64,000 nucleotides of DNA, taken from assembly GCA_965215265.1 (NCBI GenBank), contig OZ244048.1, forward strand, positions 2,272,001-2,336,000, read 5' to 3'. Position numbers and translations under genes: made by a program. Positions within the stretch are counted from its first letter, which is position 1; every line of letters begins with the position of its first letter. The DNA comes from Candidatus Poribacteria bacterium. GTDB lineage: Bacteria > Poribacteria > WGA-4E > WGA-3G. Below, in pieces: positions 18,484 through 28,518 of the stretch. The notes below the pieces were generated by a model. It did no database searches. It worked only from the letters and a program-made list of their open reading frames with translations, and was not told where the DNA came from.

Positions 18484-19830
18484 ATGAATAAGCCAAATAT
18501 AGTCTACATTCATTCTCACGATACAGGACGGTATGTGCAACCGTACGGGCACGCAATTCCGACACCGAATATCCAGAAGCTAGCCGAAGAGGGTGTTCTG
18601 TTTCGCAACGCCTTCTGTGCGAATCCGACCTGCTCACCTTCGCGTGCAGCTTTGCTGACAGGACAATGGGCGCATAGCTGCGGCATGGGCGGACTCGCCA
18701 ACCGTGGCTGGAACCTGCCGGTGCCTGAACATCTTATACCACATACCCTGAATCGTGCCGGTTATGTTACCGCCCTAGCAGGTTTCCAACATGTGGTTCA
18801 GAAGAGAGATGTAAAGGCGACAGGGTACCAGCGGATTTTACCTGAAGAGAATCAGCACGCGGGTGCAGAGGAACGGGCACGCGCATTTATTGCAGAAAAA
18901 CCTGATGCGCCTTTTTTCCTTGATGTCGGTTTTGGCGAAACGCACCGCCGCCAGAAACGGTTCGATCCGCCGCCAGAAGGCGAACCGGAAACCGACTCGC
19001 GTTACGTCAAGCCACCTGCACCATTCCCGGATACGCCTGTCACCCGACAAGATATGGCGGAATATATAGATGCAGCGCGCACCCTTGATCGGAAAATGGG
19101 AGTGGTGTTTGATGCCTTAACTGAAAATGGACTGGCTGAGAATACACTCGTTATCTGCACTACTGACCACGGGCTCGCTTTCCCACGCATGAAGTGTAAC
19201 CTCACCGATCACGGTATCGGTGTGATGCTAATAGTACGAGGCCCAGGCGGTTTTGAGGGCGGACAAGTACTTGATGGATTGGTGAGCCAAATTGACCTGT
19301 TTCCGACTATCTGTGAATTGGCAAACATTGAACCGCAGCCGTGGTTACAAGGTACTTCTATCCTCCGCTTAGTTCGAGGAGAAGCAGACGACATTCGTGA
19401 TGAAATTTTTGCGGAAGTCAATTATCACTGCTGTTATGAACCGCAACGCGCCATCCGAACCAAAAGATGGAAATATATACGCCGCTATGATGATGCAAAG
19501 CAGTGGGCAATGCCGAACTGTGATGACAGTATTAGTAAAACATTGATGCTTGAGCACGGCTGGCGCGGGCAACCGGTTGAAACGGAGCGGTTATACGATC
19601 TTGTATTCGATCCGTCGGAGGCACATAATCTCGCGGGACAGCACAACTATGCAGATATCCTATTAGAGATGCGAAGCCGTCTGGAGCAGTGGCGCGAAGC
19701 GACAGCCGATACGGTTACGGAAAACCGAATTATGCAGCCACCGGAAACGGCGGTGCTTAACAATCCGTTGCATGAATCGCCAAACCACCCACATTATCCA
19801 GCGGTAGATGTTCTGTATCCAACTAAATAA
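18484..19830 (+). CDS. Sulfatase (sulfamidase-like)
   Basis: CSPSRAALLTG formylglycine motif, TTDHG, LYDLxxDPxE. Confidence 0.92.
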   Translation: MNKPNIVYIHSHDTGRYVQPYGHAIPTPNIQKLAEEGVLFRNAFCANPTCSPSRAALLTGQWAHSCGMGGLANRGWNLPVPEHLIPHTLNRAGYVTALAGFQHVVQKRDVKATGYQRILPEENQHAGAEERARAFIAEKPDAPFFLDVGFGETHRRQKRFDPPPEGEPETDSRYVKPPAPFPDTPVTRQDMAEYIDAARTLDRKMGVVFDALTENGLAENTLVICTTDHGLAFPRMKCNLTDHGIGVMLIVRGPGGFEGGQVLDGLVSQIDLFPTICELANIEPQPWLQGTSILRLVRGEADDIRDEIFAEVNYHCCYEPQRAIRTKRWKYIRRYDDAKQWAMPNCDDSISKTLMLEHGWRGQPVETERLYDLVFDPSEAHNLAGQHNYADILLEMRSRLEQWREATADTVTENRIMQPPETAVLNNPLHESPNHPHYPAVDVLYPTK

Positions 19831-19861
19831 GGTGTAGATGAACGAATTTTCATCATGCACT

Positions 19862-19940
19862 TGAATGGGAGCGAGCCCCAGAGCGCGGTTCGGATTCTAT
19901 TGCCCTCATGCCGCCTTCGGAGCTGCGAGCTCCCATAGCA
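19862..19940. repeat. REP/REPIN-like inverted pair
   Basis: ATGGGAGCGAGC...GCGAGCTCCCAT inverted ends, resembling GT[A/G]GGAGCGAGC REP sequences. Confidence 0.45.
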
Positions 19941-20001
19941 TTACCGAATCGTCTAAAACATGGCTCTCGGCTGCTTCCTCCATGATTACAAGGCACGACA
20001 G

Positions 20002-20046
20002 TAAAACCGGCCGATACTCTCTACAAGAGGTGACGGCCGGTTTTAT
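20002..20046. terminator. Bidirectional terminator-like hairpin
   Basis: TAAAACCGGCCG...CGGCCGGTTTTA between convergent units. Confidence 0.6.
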
Positions 20047-20118
20047 TGGATGGGTTGAAAGACCCATCTCATAGATACAAAAACTGCGTTATCCCAAAAT
20101 ACCTACCAAAACGGCGGG

Positions 20119-20355
20119 CTATTCAAACCCACTAACTTTCGCGGCTTCAGGCACATGCGTCGGAAGCTCCTTCTTCGCTAAGGTGTCACTTGGCACATAA
20201 CCCGAGTAATCCGAAATCGAGCCGTGTGTCAACGCATACCCCACCACGTTCGTCATGAAACGATATACACCCGGCGAATAGTGGACACTCCGCGTCGGAA
20301 GACTCACAGACTCCATCGCGCACATATAGTCACGCCGCACAACGGTAACCGACAA
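20119..20355 (-). pseudogene. C-terminal gene fragment (DUF4159-like)
   Basis: YMCAME...SPGVYRFMTNVVGYALTHG; no plausible N-terminus or SD. Confidence 0.35.
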
Positions 20356-20370
20356 CTTTTCACCAGTGAA

Positions 20371-20734
20371 TTACCCGATATCGGTGCGGAAGAAAGAAAG
20401 GAACGTGCCAACGAACAACACCAGCAAAAACAGAATCAACAGCAGCACGGCTACAATAAAAGCATTGAAATCCACACGGAAGTGGTGGCAATTTTCAAAT
20501 TTCGGCACCGCATCAAAATGCACATCTTTTTGTGAGGTGCCCTCCGGGATACCCACGGGATGCGGACTCTCCGGAAATGAGAAACCGCAGAAACTCCTTC
20601 GCATATTGCCGTCTCTGAGAAAGGAAGTCTAAATGGGGCGGGAACCTGGTGCCAGCGAGCCCTTCAATCGCATACCGCACAGGGGCTGCTGGCGACATGC
20701 GGGTAAGCGAGCACGACAGTTGGAACTGACGCAT
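20371..20734 (-). pseudogene. Frameshifted C-terminal fragment of an ABC-2/DUF3526-type permease
   Basis: LTRMSPAAPVRYAIEGLAGT..HLDF in one frame continues as PESPH..FDAVPKF..LLLILFLLVLFVGTFLSFFRTD in another. Confidence 0.5.
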
Positions 20735-21157
20735 CTCTGTAGAATTAATTGATTGACTTTTTAGGCAAAAATAGGTATAATTCGCACAATCTGTCCGGTC
20801 TGCCCGGGAAATACGCTTTTAGGTCAATTGCAACTTTTTCTTCACATATTGTTTCAATTTTGCTATTTTTAACGATGTCAAAGAGAAAAATACACATGCA
20901 GGGGCTCAATGCGGACGCATTTTACGACGTTGTCCTGCTCCAAAAGTTGAACCGGCAAGCAAACTCGCTACAACCTGGGGTAGATTAAAAGATAGACTCC
21001 AATAGCGGTTTTCGCCTAAAATCCTGGGTTTATCCATATTCCTTTATGGGCGAGGTAACCCGTCCATACAATACCGCATATCCAATTACCCCGATTCATC
21101 GTACTTCGGCAGATGTTCGCATCAGCGCCATTACCCTAACAAATAAAGGAAACATAT

Positions 21158-22192
21158 ATGCAAGCAGCCACTGCTTTGAAACCGTTCCGTGTCGGGTTTC
21201 TGAACGTAGCATCCTACTCACACATGCCGCTCTGGGCACCACATATCAATCCGAGGATACATGAGAAAGATACACCTTTCACAGGAATGCGAATCACCCA
21301 CTGTTGGGATATTGAATATGAGAAAGCGAAAGCCATCGCTGAAGAGTACGGATGCACAGCTGTCAAAAATTTTGACGACATGTTAGGCAAAGTCGACGGA
21401 ATCATTTCGGGTGGATACTATAACCACCCGTGGAACCACATCCTCCATGAGCCCTATCTCGAGGCCGGTTTACCCAATTTGATTAACAGACCTTTCACCA
21501 ATTCTCTTGCCAAAGCCGAGAAAATTATCGGTATCGCGGAGAAGCACGGCGCGAACATCTTGGTGCCATCAAGTCACGAACACAACGATGCCATCGCACG
21601 CGCTAAAGCATGGGCAAGCGACAAATCACTCATCTGCTATACCGCAACCAATTCGTTCGACGACTACCCGACACACGGTATCCATGGACTCTATATGGTA
21701 TGCAAAGCAATCGCCGAGGTCGGAAATCCGATTGTCTCTGTCGCATATCAAGCAGATAGTTGGTATAGTCCGCCCGGTGTGATGACTTTGGAGCACGTTG
21801 ATGATGCCGGTCGGCAGTTCTACGGAACACTTCATCAGGTCAGCGGTTCGTGGGGAACCGTTCAGATTCACACATCTGAAGCGTACGGGGGTGAGAATTT
21901 TAACATCTACACGGGCACCGGCTACCCCTACGATAAGACAGAAATCTGGATGCCGACGGTCTGGGCGTTCCAAAACATGGCATTGCACAACGAAATGCCA
22001 CAGACGTTTGAGCAAATTCTTCAGAAGACTCACGTCTTCCTCGCCGGCTGGAAATCGATTTTGGAAAACCATGGCAAGCCTGTTAAACTAACAGACATCC
22101 CGGAAGAGTGGGAAGCTCCTGCCGAACTACCAAATCATCCGGACCACGATACGGTGTCACTATTTGAAAAAAGATTTGGGTCAGTTTCATAA
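21158..22192 (+). CDS. Gfo/Idh/MocA-like oxidoreductase
   Basis: RVGFL..SH, ITHCWD, DDMLGKVDG, YLEAGLPNLINRPF, YPTHGIH. Confidence 0.75.
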   Translation: MQAATALKPFRVGFLNVASYSHMPLWAPHINPRIHEKDTPFTGMRITHCWDIEYEKAKAIAEEYGCTAVKNFDDMLGKVDGIISGGYYNHPWNHILHEPYLEAGLPNLINRPFTNSLAKAEKIIGIAEKHGANILVPSSHEHNDAIARAKAWASDKSLICYTATNSFDDYPTHGIHGLYMVCKAIAEVGNPIVSVAYQADSWYSPPGVMTLEHVDDAGRQFYGTLHQVSGSWGTVQIHTSEAYGGENFNIYTGTGYPYDKTEIWMPTVWAFQNMALHNEMPQTFEQILQKTHVFLAGWKSILENHGKPVKLTDIPEEWEAPAELPNHPDHDTVSLFEKRFGSVS

Positions 22193-22328
22193 GAGGCGCT
22201 ACCGTGATAAAAAAACTTGCATATTTTTGCATATTTGCTATAATAGTATTTAGAGACGTAAGCCTTTTTGATTATTGACTTACAATGCTCCAGTGGAGCA
22301 GAATACCTATAGCAATGGAGAACCGGTT

Positions 22329-23204
22329 ATGCAAGCATTCGAGTATGTTGCCGCAAGAACGGTAACTGAAGCTGTGGCGCTACTTGGCCAAAAAGGACAA
22401 AACGCACGAATTTTAGCCGGCGGAACAGACCTCATCGTGCAGGTCCGGGAAGCCGGGCGGGCCGTTGATTGGATGGTTGACATTAAAGCCATTCCCGAAG
22501 TTAACGTCCTTACCTACGAACCTGAAACAGGACTAACGCTTGGTGCAGCAGTACCCTGTTATCAAATCTACGCCGTTGATGAGATTTGCAATGCCTATCC
22601 CGGCCTAATCGATGCCACAAAGATTATCGGGGGTACAGCAATTCAAGGACGCGCCTGCGTCGGGGGCAACTTGTGTAATGCCTCCCCGGCTGGCGATAGC
22701 ATCCCACCTCTAATTGTACTCAATACAACGTGTATCATTGCAGGTCCAAACGGTGAACGAGAAGTCCCTGTCGAGCAGTTTTGTACCGCCCCTGGGCAGA
22801 CAGTGCTTGAAAAAGACGAGCTGTTAGTCAGTCTCAAGATTCCTGCTCCTCCAAACAATTCAAGTTCTTACTATCTCCGCTTCATTCCGAGAAATGAAAT
22901 GGATATCGCGGTTGTTGGAGTAGGTGCATCCGTCACACTCGACGGTGCCAAAAAGCAGTTCGTTTCCGCACGTATCGCTCTCGCCGCTGTTGCCCCGACT
23001 CCCCTCTTTGCTGAAGAAGCCAGCGCGCTGCTCGCTGGGAGAGAAGTCTCTGATGAAGCAATTGACGACGCAGCAGCAGCAGCGCAAGCCATCGCTCGTC
23101 CCATCAGCGATATGCGTGGAACAGCCGAACAGAGAACACATCTCGTCGGAGTCCTCACCCGGCGTGCCTTAAAAGGTGCAATTCAGAGAGTGTTAGATGC
23201 CTAA
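22329..23204 (+). CDS. Xanthine dehydrogenase/CoxM-family FAD-binding subunit
   Basis: ILAGGTDL, GGNLCNASPAGD, PISDMRGT. Confidence 0.92.
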   Translation: MQAFEYVAARTVTEAVALLGQKGQNARILAGGTDLIVQVREAGRAVDWMVDIKAIPEVNVLTYEPETGLTLGAAVPCYQIYAVDEICNAYPGLIDATKIIGGTAIQGRACVGGNLCNASPAGDSIPPLIVLNTTCIIAGPNGEREVPVEQFCTAPGQTVLEKDELLVSLKIPAPPNNSSSYYLRFIPRNEMDIAVVGVGASVTLDGAKKQFVSARIALAAVAPTPLFAEEASALLAGREVSDEAIDDAAAAAQAIARPISDMRGTAEQRTHLVGVLTRRALKGAIQRVLDA

Positions 23205-23335
23205 CCATTCGCATTTTGTGCCGACAATATAGGATAGCACGCATTAACGGATTTTAGTATGATGCCTTAATTAGTGGCCATCTCGTTTTAACATACGTAC
23301 TTTAGATATAGCCATAAAATAAAGGAGCTCTTAAT

Positions 23336-23806
23336 ATGGCGAAAAAAAACCACGTTCAAACTACAATCAATGGAGAAAGCGTTGAATTCCTCTGTGAATC
23401 CCGCCAAAGTCTATTGGAAGTGCTGAGAGACGAACTACATCTCACGGGCGCAAAAGAGGGATGCAACAACGGCAATTGTGGCGCGTGCAGCGTCATCTTA
23501 GAGGGGCGGCTCGTCAATTCATGCCTTGTACTCGGTGTCGAAACCGAAGGCAAAAACGTAGAAACTGTCGAGGGGCTCGCATCGCCCGAGAAATTGCACC
23601 CAATCCAGGATGCGTTCCTCGAAAATGCAGCTCTGCAGTGCGGTATCTGCACCCCTGGCTTCATTATGAGCGCAAAGGCCCTCTTGGATAACAACCCGCA
23701 TCCGACTGAACACGAAGTCCGATACTGGTTAGCAGGCAATCTGTGTCGATGCACCGGTTACGATAAAATCGTCCGTGCAGTGCTTGACGCAGCAAAAGCT
23801 AGGTAG
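23336..23806 (+). CDS. CoxS-family (2Fe-2S) subunit
   Basis: GCNNGNCGAC, QCGICTPG, GNLCRCTGY. Confidence 0.95.
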   Translation: MAKKNHVQTTINGESVEFLCESRQSLLEVLRDELHLTGAKEGCNNGNCGACSVILEGRLVNSCLVLGVETEGKNVETVEGLASPEKLHPIQDAFLENAALQCGICTPGFIMSAKALLDNNPHPTEHEVRYWLAGNLCRCTGYDKIVRAVLDAAKAR

Positions 23807-23893
23807 TACTATCTTGTCAACACCAGTACGCGTGCTGGATGCGCGCCATCATTTATGAGGATAATCCTTTTCTTAACCGGAGGTTAATTCGCA

Positions 23894-26149
23894 ATGCCCG
23901 AAAAGAAAGAATATAAAGTTATCGGAACCCGGCCGATTCGCCATGACGGCGTTGACAAGGTCACCGGTCGGGCGCTCTACGGCGCCGATTTTCACCTCAC
24001 TGGACTTCTGCACGGCAGAGTCCTTCGCAGCCCACATGCCCATGCACGAATTGTATCTATCGATACCAGCCGGGCCGAAGCATACCCGGGGGTCAAAGGT
24101 GTGGTTACAGCAAATGATCTGCCTACTGCAGCAGACAAAGTCGCAGACCTGGGTGAAGGTGCTGTCAATCTCAAATATCTCTGTGATAATATACTCGCCA
24201 GCGATAAAGCGCTATACAAAGGACACGCTATCGCGGCTGTTGCAGCAACCAGTCCACACATCGCAGAAGAAGCATGTGCACTCATTGACGTTGAATACGA
24301 AGTCCTGTCGCCTGTCCTTGAAGTCCGGGCGGCCATGGAACCCCAGGCCCCGCTTCTACACGAAAATCTCAAGACCAGTTCTATGGGCGAAACCGCCGAG
24401 GCACCGAGCAACGTTGCAAGCCATCTCCAGCACAAAAAAGGAGATATTGAAAAAGGGTTCACCGAAGCCGATGTAGTCATTGAACGTGAATTCGTCACCG
24501 GCACCGTGCATCAAGGCTATATTGAACCACATAACGCAACCGCGCTCTATAACCAGGACGGTCAGCTCACCGTCTGGTGTAGTACACAAGGTGCTTTTAC
24601 CGTCCGTGAACAACTTGCCGAAATTCTCCAATATCCCATCTCCAAGATTAAGGTTGTACCCATGGAGATTGGCGGCGGTTTTGGCGGGAAAATTAACGTC
24701 TACGTTAAACCGATTGCCGCTCTCCTCGCGAAGAAAACAGGCAAACCGGTTAAGGTACTCATGAGTCGCACGGAGGTCTTCGAAGGCACGGGTCCAACCC
24801 CTGCCTCTTACATTCGCGTCAAGATGGGAGTCACCAAGGCCGGCAAAATAACTGCAGCACAGACACACCTCGCGTTTGAGGCAGGTGCCTATCCCGGCTC
24901 ACCTGTCGGTGCCGGTGCTATGTGCATCTTCGCCCCCTACAACATTGAGAACGTTCTCATTGACGGATACGATGTAGTCGTTAACAAACCGAAAACCGCC
25001 CCGTACCGTGCACCTGGCGCTACCAATGCTGCGTTCGGTTCAGAGACTGTCATCGATGAGCTCGCCGAAAAAATCGGCATTGATGCTTTAGAAATCCGTC
25101 TCCGCAACGGTGCTAAAGAGGGAGATCATCGGGCAGATGGACCTGTTTTTCCACGTATCGGCTTCATTGAAACCCTCGAAGCGGTAAAGCAGCATCCGCA
25201 CTACACAGCACCTAACGGAAAGAAACATCATGGACGCGGTATCGCCTCCGGATTCTGGTTCAACGTCGGTTTGCAATCCAGCGTCACAATCAGCGTCAAC
25301 CCCGACGGCACGATTAACCTGGTCGAAGGTTCAACCGACATCGGTGGGACACGCGCCTCTATCGCCATGCAAGCCGCAGAAGTCCTCGGTATCTCCGCGG
25401 AATCTGTCAACCCGACTGTTGTCGATACCAATGCTATCGGTTACACGGCTGTCACCGGCGGTAGCCGCACGACCTTTGCCACCGGCTATGCTGCTTATGA
25501 AGCAGCGCAAGATGTCAAAAGACAGATGATTGCACGTGCAGCCAAATTATGGGATGTCGCCGAAGAAAACGTGCAGTTTGCAGACGGCGAATTCTCATCC
25601 ATCAACGGCAAGGAAGAACAGATTAGTTTCAGGGATCTCGCCGCAAGACTCGGTGAAACGGGCGGGCCGGTTACCAGCAGTGCAGCTGTGAATCCTGCAG
25701 GAGTCGGCGGTGCCTTCGCAACCCACATTGTCGATGTTGAAGTAGACGAAGAAACCGGAAAGGTCGAGATTCTACGTTACACAGCAACACAAGACGCGGG
25801 AAAAGCCATCCATCCGAGCTACGTCGAGGGCCAAATACAAGGTGGTGTCGTCCAAGGCATCGGGTGGGCATTAAACGAGGAATACATCTATAATGCCAAA
25901 GGCGAGATGACCAACGCCAGCTTCCTCGATTACCGAATGCCGACGTGCTTAGATCTGCCCATGATAGACACGGTTATCGTTGAAGTCCCGAATCCCGGGC
26001 ATCCGTACGGGGTCCGTGGTGTCGGCGAAGTTCCCATCGTTCCACCACCGGCAGCCATCGCCAACGCTATTTATGACGCTATCGGTATCCGCATGACAGA
26101 ACTCCCGATGTCACCCGACAGACTTCTGAAAGCGATGGGCAAGATCTAA
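23894..26149 (+). CDS. Xanthine dehydrogenase/CoxL-family molybdopterin-binding subunit
   Basis: KVTGRALY, LRSPHAHA, GGGFGGK, YRAPG, GSRTT, EGQIQGG, GVGE. Confidence 0.95.
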   Translation: MPEKKEYKVIGTRPIRHDGVDKVTGRALYGADFHLTGLLHGRVLRSPHAHARIVSIDTSRAEAYPGVKGVVTANDLPTAADKVADLGEGAVNLKYLCDNILASDKALYKGHAIAAVAATSPHIAEEACALIDVEYEVLSPVLEVRAAMEPQAPLLHENLKTSSMGETAEAPSNVASHLQHKKGDIEKGFTEADVVIEREFVTGTVHQGYIEPHNATALYNQDGQLTVWCSTQGAFTVREQLAEILQYPISKIKVVPMEIGGGFGGKINVYVKPIAALLAKKTGKPVKVLMSRTEVFEGTGPTPASYIRVKMGVTKAGKITAAQTHLAFEAGAYPGSPVGAGAMCIFAPYNIENVLIDGYDVVVNKPKTAPYRAPGATNAAFGSETVIDELAEKIGIDALEIRLRNGAKEGDHRADGPVFPRIGFIETLEAVKQHPHYTAPNGKKHHGRGIASGFWFNVGLQSSVTISVNPDGTINLVEGSTDIGGTRASIAMQAAEVLGISAESVNPTVVDTNAIGYTAVTGGSRTTFATGYAAYEAAQDVKRQMIARAAKLWDVAEENVQFADGEFSSINGKEEQISFRDLAARLGETGGPVTSSAAVNPAGVGGAFATHIVDVEVDEETGKVEILRYTATQDAGKAIHPSYVEGQIQGGVVQGIGWALNEEYIYNAKGEMTNASFLDYRMPTCLDLPMIDTVIVEVPNPGHPYGVRGVGEVPIVPPPAAIANAIYDAIGIRMTELPMSPDRLLKAMGKI

Positions 26150-26220
26150 ATCACGCACTCAGTTGGGCGAGGTATCAGCCTCGCCCTTTTCGCAAAAAAA
26201 ATGCGCTTTAAGGAACCACA

Positions 26221-26502
26221 ATGCCAATTGTAACCATTCCAGCCCTCATGCGCAATCTCACCAACGGGAAAGACAACGTCACCATTCCCGGTAGCACCCT
26301 CCGCGAAATCATCGATAACTTAGAGACTCGCTACCCCGGCATACAAGCACGATTGTGCGAACAAGGGCGCATCAAACCCGGTATTGCTGTCTACGTCAAC
26401 GGCATCCTGACACGGGAAGGAATGCGCGAACGCGTCGACACAGACGCGGAGATCCATTTCCTCCCAGCAATCAGCGGCGGTACCACTAAATTCACAGACT
26501 AA
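26221..26502 (+). CDS. MoaD/ThiS-family sulfur carrier with a 6-aa extension after GG
   Basis: TLREIIDNLETRYPG, VYVNG, IHFLPAISGG-TTKFTD. Confidence 0.85.
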   Translation: MPIVTIPALMRNLTNGKDNVTIPGSTLREIIDNLETRYPGIQARLCEQGRIKPGIAVYVNGILTREGMRERVDTDAEIHFLPAISGGTTKFTD

Positions 26503-26672
26503 ACAATTTTTTTTACTGAAAATCTACGCACAACGCCTATGTACCTCGCGAAAAAAGGAGACACTCATGAACAAAAGCAACAATCCGGATTCAATTATAG
26601 AATCAGGACCTCCATAACCTCGGTGCTGTATATGATAGCACACATTACTTCATGACACGGTTCATTTTTAAC

Positions 26673-26740
26673 GTGACAAACGCATTTTCATAGGGTATAA
26701 TTACAATAACCTTTTACAAAAAAGGCGAAAGTGTTCTTTT
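26673..26740 (+). promoter_or_regulatory. rrn-type promoter + hairpin + boxA (copy B, ends right after boxA)
   Basis: GTGACA-N17-TATAAT-TACAATAACCTTTTACAAAAAAGGCGAAAGTGTTCTTT, nearly identical to 28188-28254. Confidence 0.75.
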
Positions 26741-26943
26741 AGCATTGCCACCGTAGTTACAACTCGCAGAGGGACTGCTATATAATGGGTATAACAGCAT
26801 TGGTTTTCTATCCTATCACAAATATAGGTATGGAAGAAAACCCGTGCGGTATATAAAAGCGGAACGTTTCCCGTTGTCGCATAAAACATCACTGTTTTCT
26901 GGGACTTTTAAGCTAGCACCTCACAACGGATCCAGAACGTGAA

Positions 26944-27240
26944 TTGCCTGACGCTGCTGAGGATACCTATCCACCTCGAGACTGGTACAAAACAGAAGAT
27001 ATAGAGGTGCGCGCCGAGTATTTTTACGCCCAACTCCTCAAGCAATTTGGAGACATTCCAGAAGTTCATACTGTTGGCGAATACAATTTAAACGTTGCAA
27101 AAGGTGTGCCGCAAACGCTTCGTCAAATGGAAGACTACCTTGAAGCAAACTATCATTTCTTTCGGAATGATAAAAATAAAAAAGCCCTCGAAGAATTCTA
27201 TAAGCTAAAAGCATTAGGTGCAACAATGGGTGCTAAATAA
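26944..27240 (+). pseudogene. 5'-truncated paralog of the downstream lipoprotein family
   Basis: YFYAQLLKQFGDIPEVH shared with 27251-28039; no signal peptide or SD. Confidence 0.55.
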
Positions 27241-27250
27241 GGAGGACTTC

Positions 27251-28039
27251 ATGAAAACGCTCAACTTTTTCGGTATCTCTATTTCTTTTATATTCGTTTC
27301 TATCTTCTGCTTAGCTGCTTTTTGCGGATGTGGCGACACGGGAGATGAGTCCGGGCATTCAAGCGTGAGCCTTGTCTCGGGAGATGAGCCCGGGCCCGGG
27401 TGGTATTCAGGAGTGAACCTTGTCTCGGAAGATGCGCCCGGGCAGCCAAAAGAGTCCCCTCTCTCAGAAAAATTCAAATGGCCCGCCGGCACCACCGGTG
27501 AGCTGTGGGAGCTCACAGATGCAGATGTTGCCGAACTGTTAGCGATAACCCCACCTCCAGATTGGCCCCAGACAGCGGACCGCGAGTTGTATAACAGATA
27601 TTATTTTGCCCAACTCCTCAAGCAGTTTGGAGACATTCCCGAGGTGCGCTACGTTATAGCGTTTCTGCGAAAACCAGGAAAAAATGTCACGATCAAGCAA
27701 GCCGTCGCTTATTCTGAAGCCATATACCGTCTCTTCCCGAATCAAGTCAACCTAGAAGCACTGTTAGAAATCTCATCGGCTCTTTCTCCGCCACAGAGGG
27801 ATGCATGGACATGGATGAAGGAAGATCCGGAAGGATACCTGGAACACATAAAAGAAGTATGGCTTATACATCACGGGGATATTCCCGAGATTCACACCTA
27901 TGTGCATCTTCAACTCAAAAGATTGTTAGGCAAACACCTAACAGATGCAGAGCGTCGGGCAAAGAATGCGGCCGCCTTACATCTTCAGAAACTTAATGAC
28001 CAACTTAGGGATGAACGCGATAATGATAATGATGACTAG
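27251..28039 (+). CDS. Lineage-specific lipoprotein with two GDIPE helical modules
   Basis: SD AAGGAGG; hydrophobic signal ending AFCGC; FGDIPEVR and HGDIPEIH. Confidence 0.75.
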   Translation: MKTLNFFGISISFIFVSIFCLAAFCGCGDTGDESGHSSVSLVSGDEPGPGWYSGVNLVSEDAPGQPKESPLSEKFKWPAGTTGELWELTDADVAELLAITPPPDWPQTADRELYNRYYFAQLLKQFGDIPEVRYVIAFLRKPGKNVTIKQAVAYSEAIYRLFPNQVNLEALLEISSALSPPQRDAWTWMKEDPEGYLEHIKEVWLIHHGDIPEIHTYVHLQLKRLLGKHLTDAERRAKNAAALHLQKLNDQLRDERDNDNDD

Positions 28040-28187
28040 ACCTCGTGATGCTTTTTATCCTCGTTGTGAGCCAAGGTGGCTCACTTCGGCTGATGACTCC
28101 TGCCAGCCAATTTACCAAAAGTCAAGGGTAAAAGAATGACAAAAAACAGCACTTTTTTCCCAAAAATCGTCATTTTTTTTGATTAAC

Positions 28188-28339
28188 GTGACAAACGCGT
28201 TTTCAGATGGTATAATTACAATAACCTTTTACAAAAAAGGTGAAAGTGTTCTTTGAAAATTAAAGAGTGAACGTGACGTGCCAATTTACAGCTTGTGAAT
28301 GCACTTCACTTTCAATCAAGTGAAGGTGCCTTTCAATGC
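28188..28339 (+). promoter_or_regulatory. rrn promoter and leader (copy C): -35/-10, boxB-like hairpin, boxA, boxC-like, stem
   Basis: GTGACA(28188)-N17-TATAAT(28211); CCTTTT-ACAA-AAAAGG hairpin; TGTTCTTTGAAAA (28247-28259); TTGTGAATGCAC; directly followed by 16S 5' sequence. Confidence 0.85.
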
Positions 28340-28441
28340 TTTATGGAGCGTATGATACCGGCTCAAGACGAACGCTGGCGGCGTGGATGAGGCATGCAAG
28401 CCGAACGAGAAACCGGGCTTCAGTCCGGTGGAAAGTGGCGG
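28340..28441 (+). rRNA. Decayed 5' fragment (~100 nt) of 16S rRNA (pseudogene)
   Basis: TTTATGGAGCGTATGATACCGGCTCAAGACGAACGCTGGCGGCGTGGATGAGGCATGCAAGCCGAACGAG...ACCGGGC-TTCA-GTCCGGT...AGTGGCGG. Stops before the conserved ACGGGTGAGTAA. Confidence 0.9.
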
Positions 28442-28518
28442 TATTGCGTGCGGCGGGTTACACGTTTTCGGAGATAGGAACAAGTCCGCAATCCCCGAAA
28501 AATAAAGTAGAAAAATCT

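Noticed and set aside
19960-19990. AGGAAGCAGCC on the minus strand, resembling SRP RNA domain IV
   Set aside because: The partner TCAGG..CCGGA strand and GNRA loop are absent.
23894-26149. Aerobic CO dehydrogenase (coxL) assignment
   Set aside because: Active-site loop is YRAPG, not AYxCSFR or AYRGAGR.
28336-28518. N-terminal part of the 109-aa ORF (MLYGAYDTGSRRTLAAWMRHAS...)
   Set aside because: Largely a translation of the 16S rRNA fragment; the real peptide starts at 28519 or 28528.
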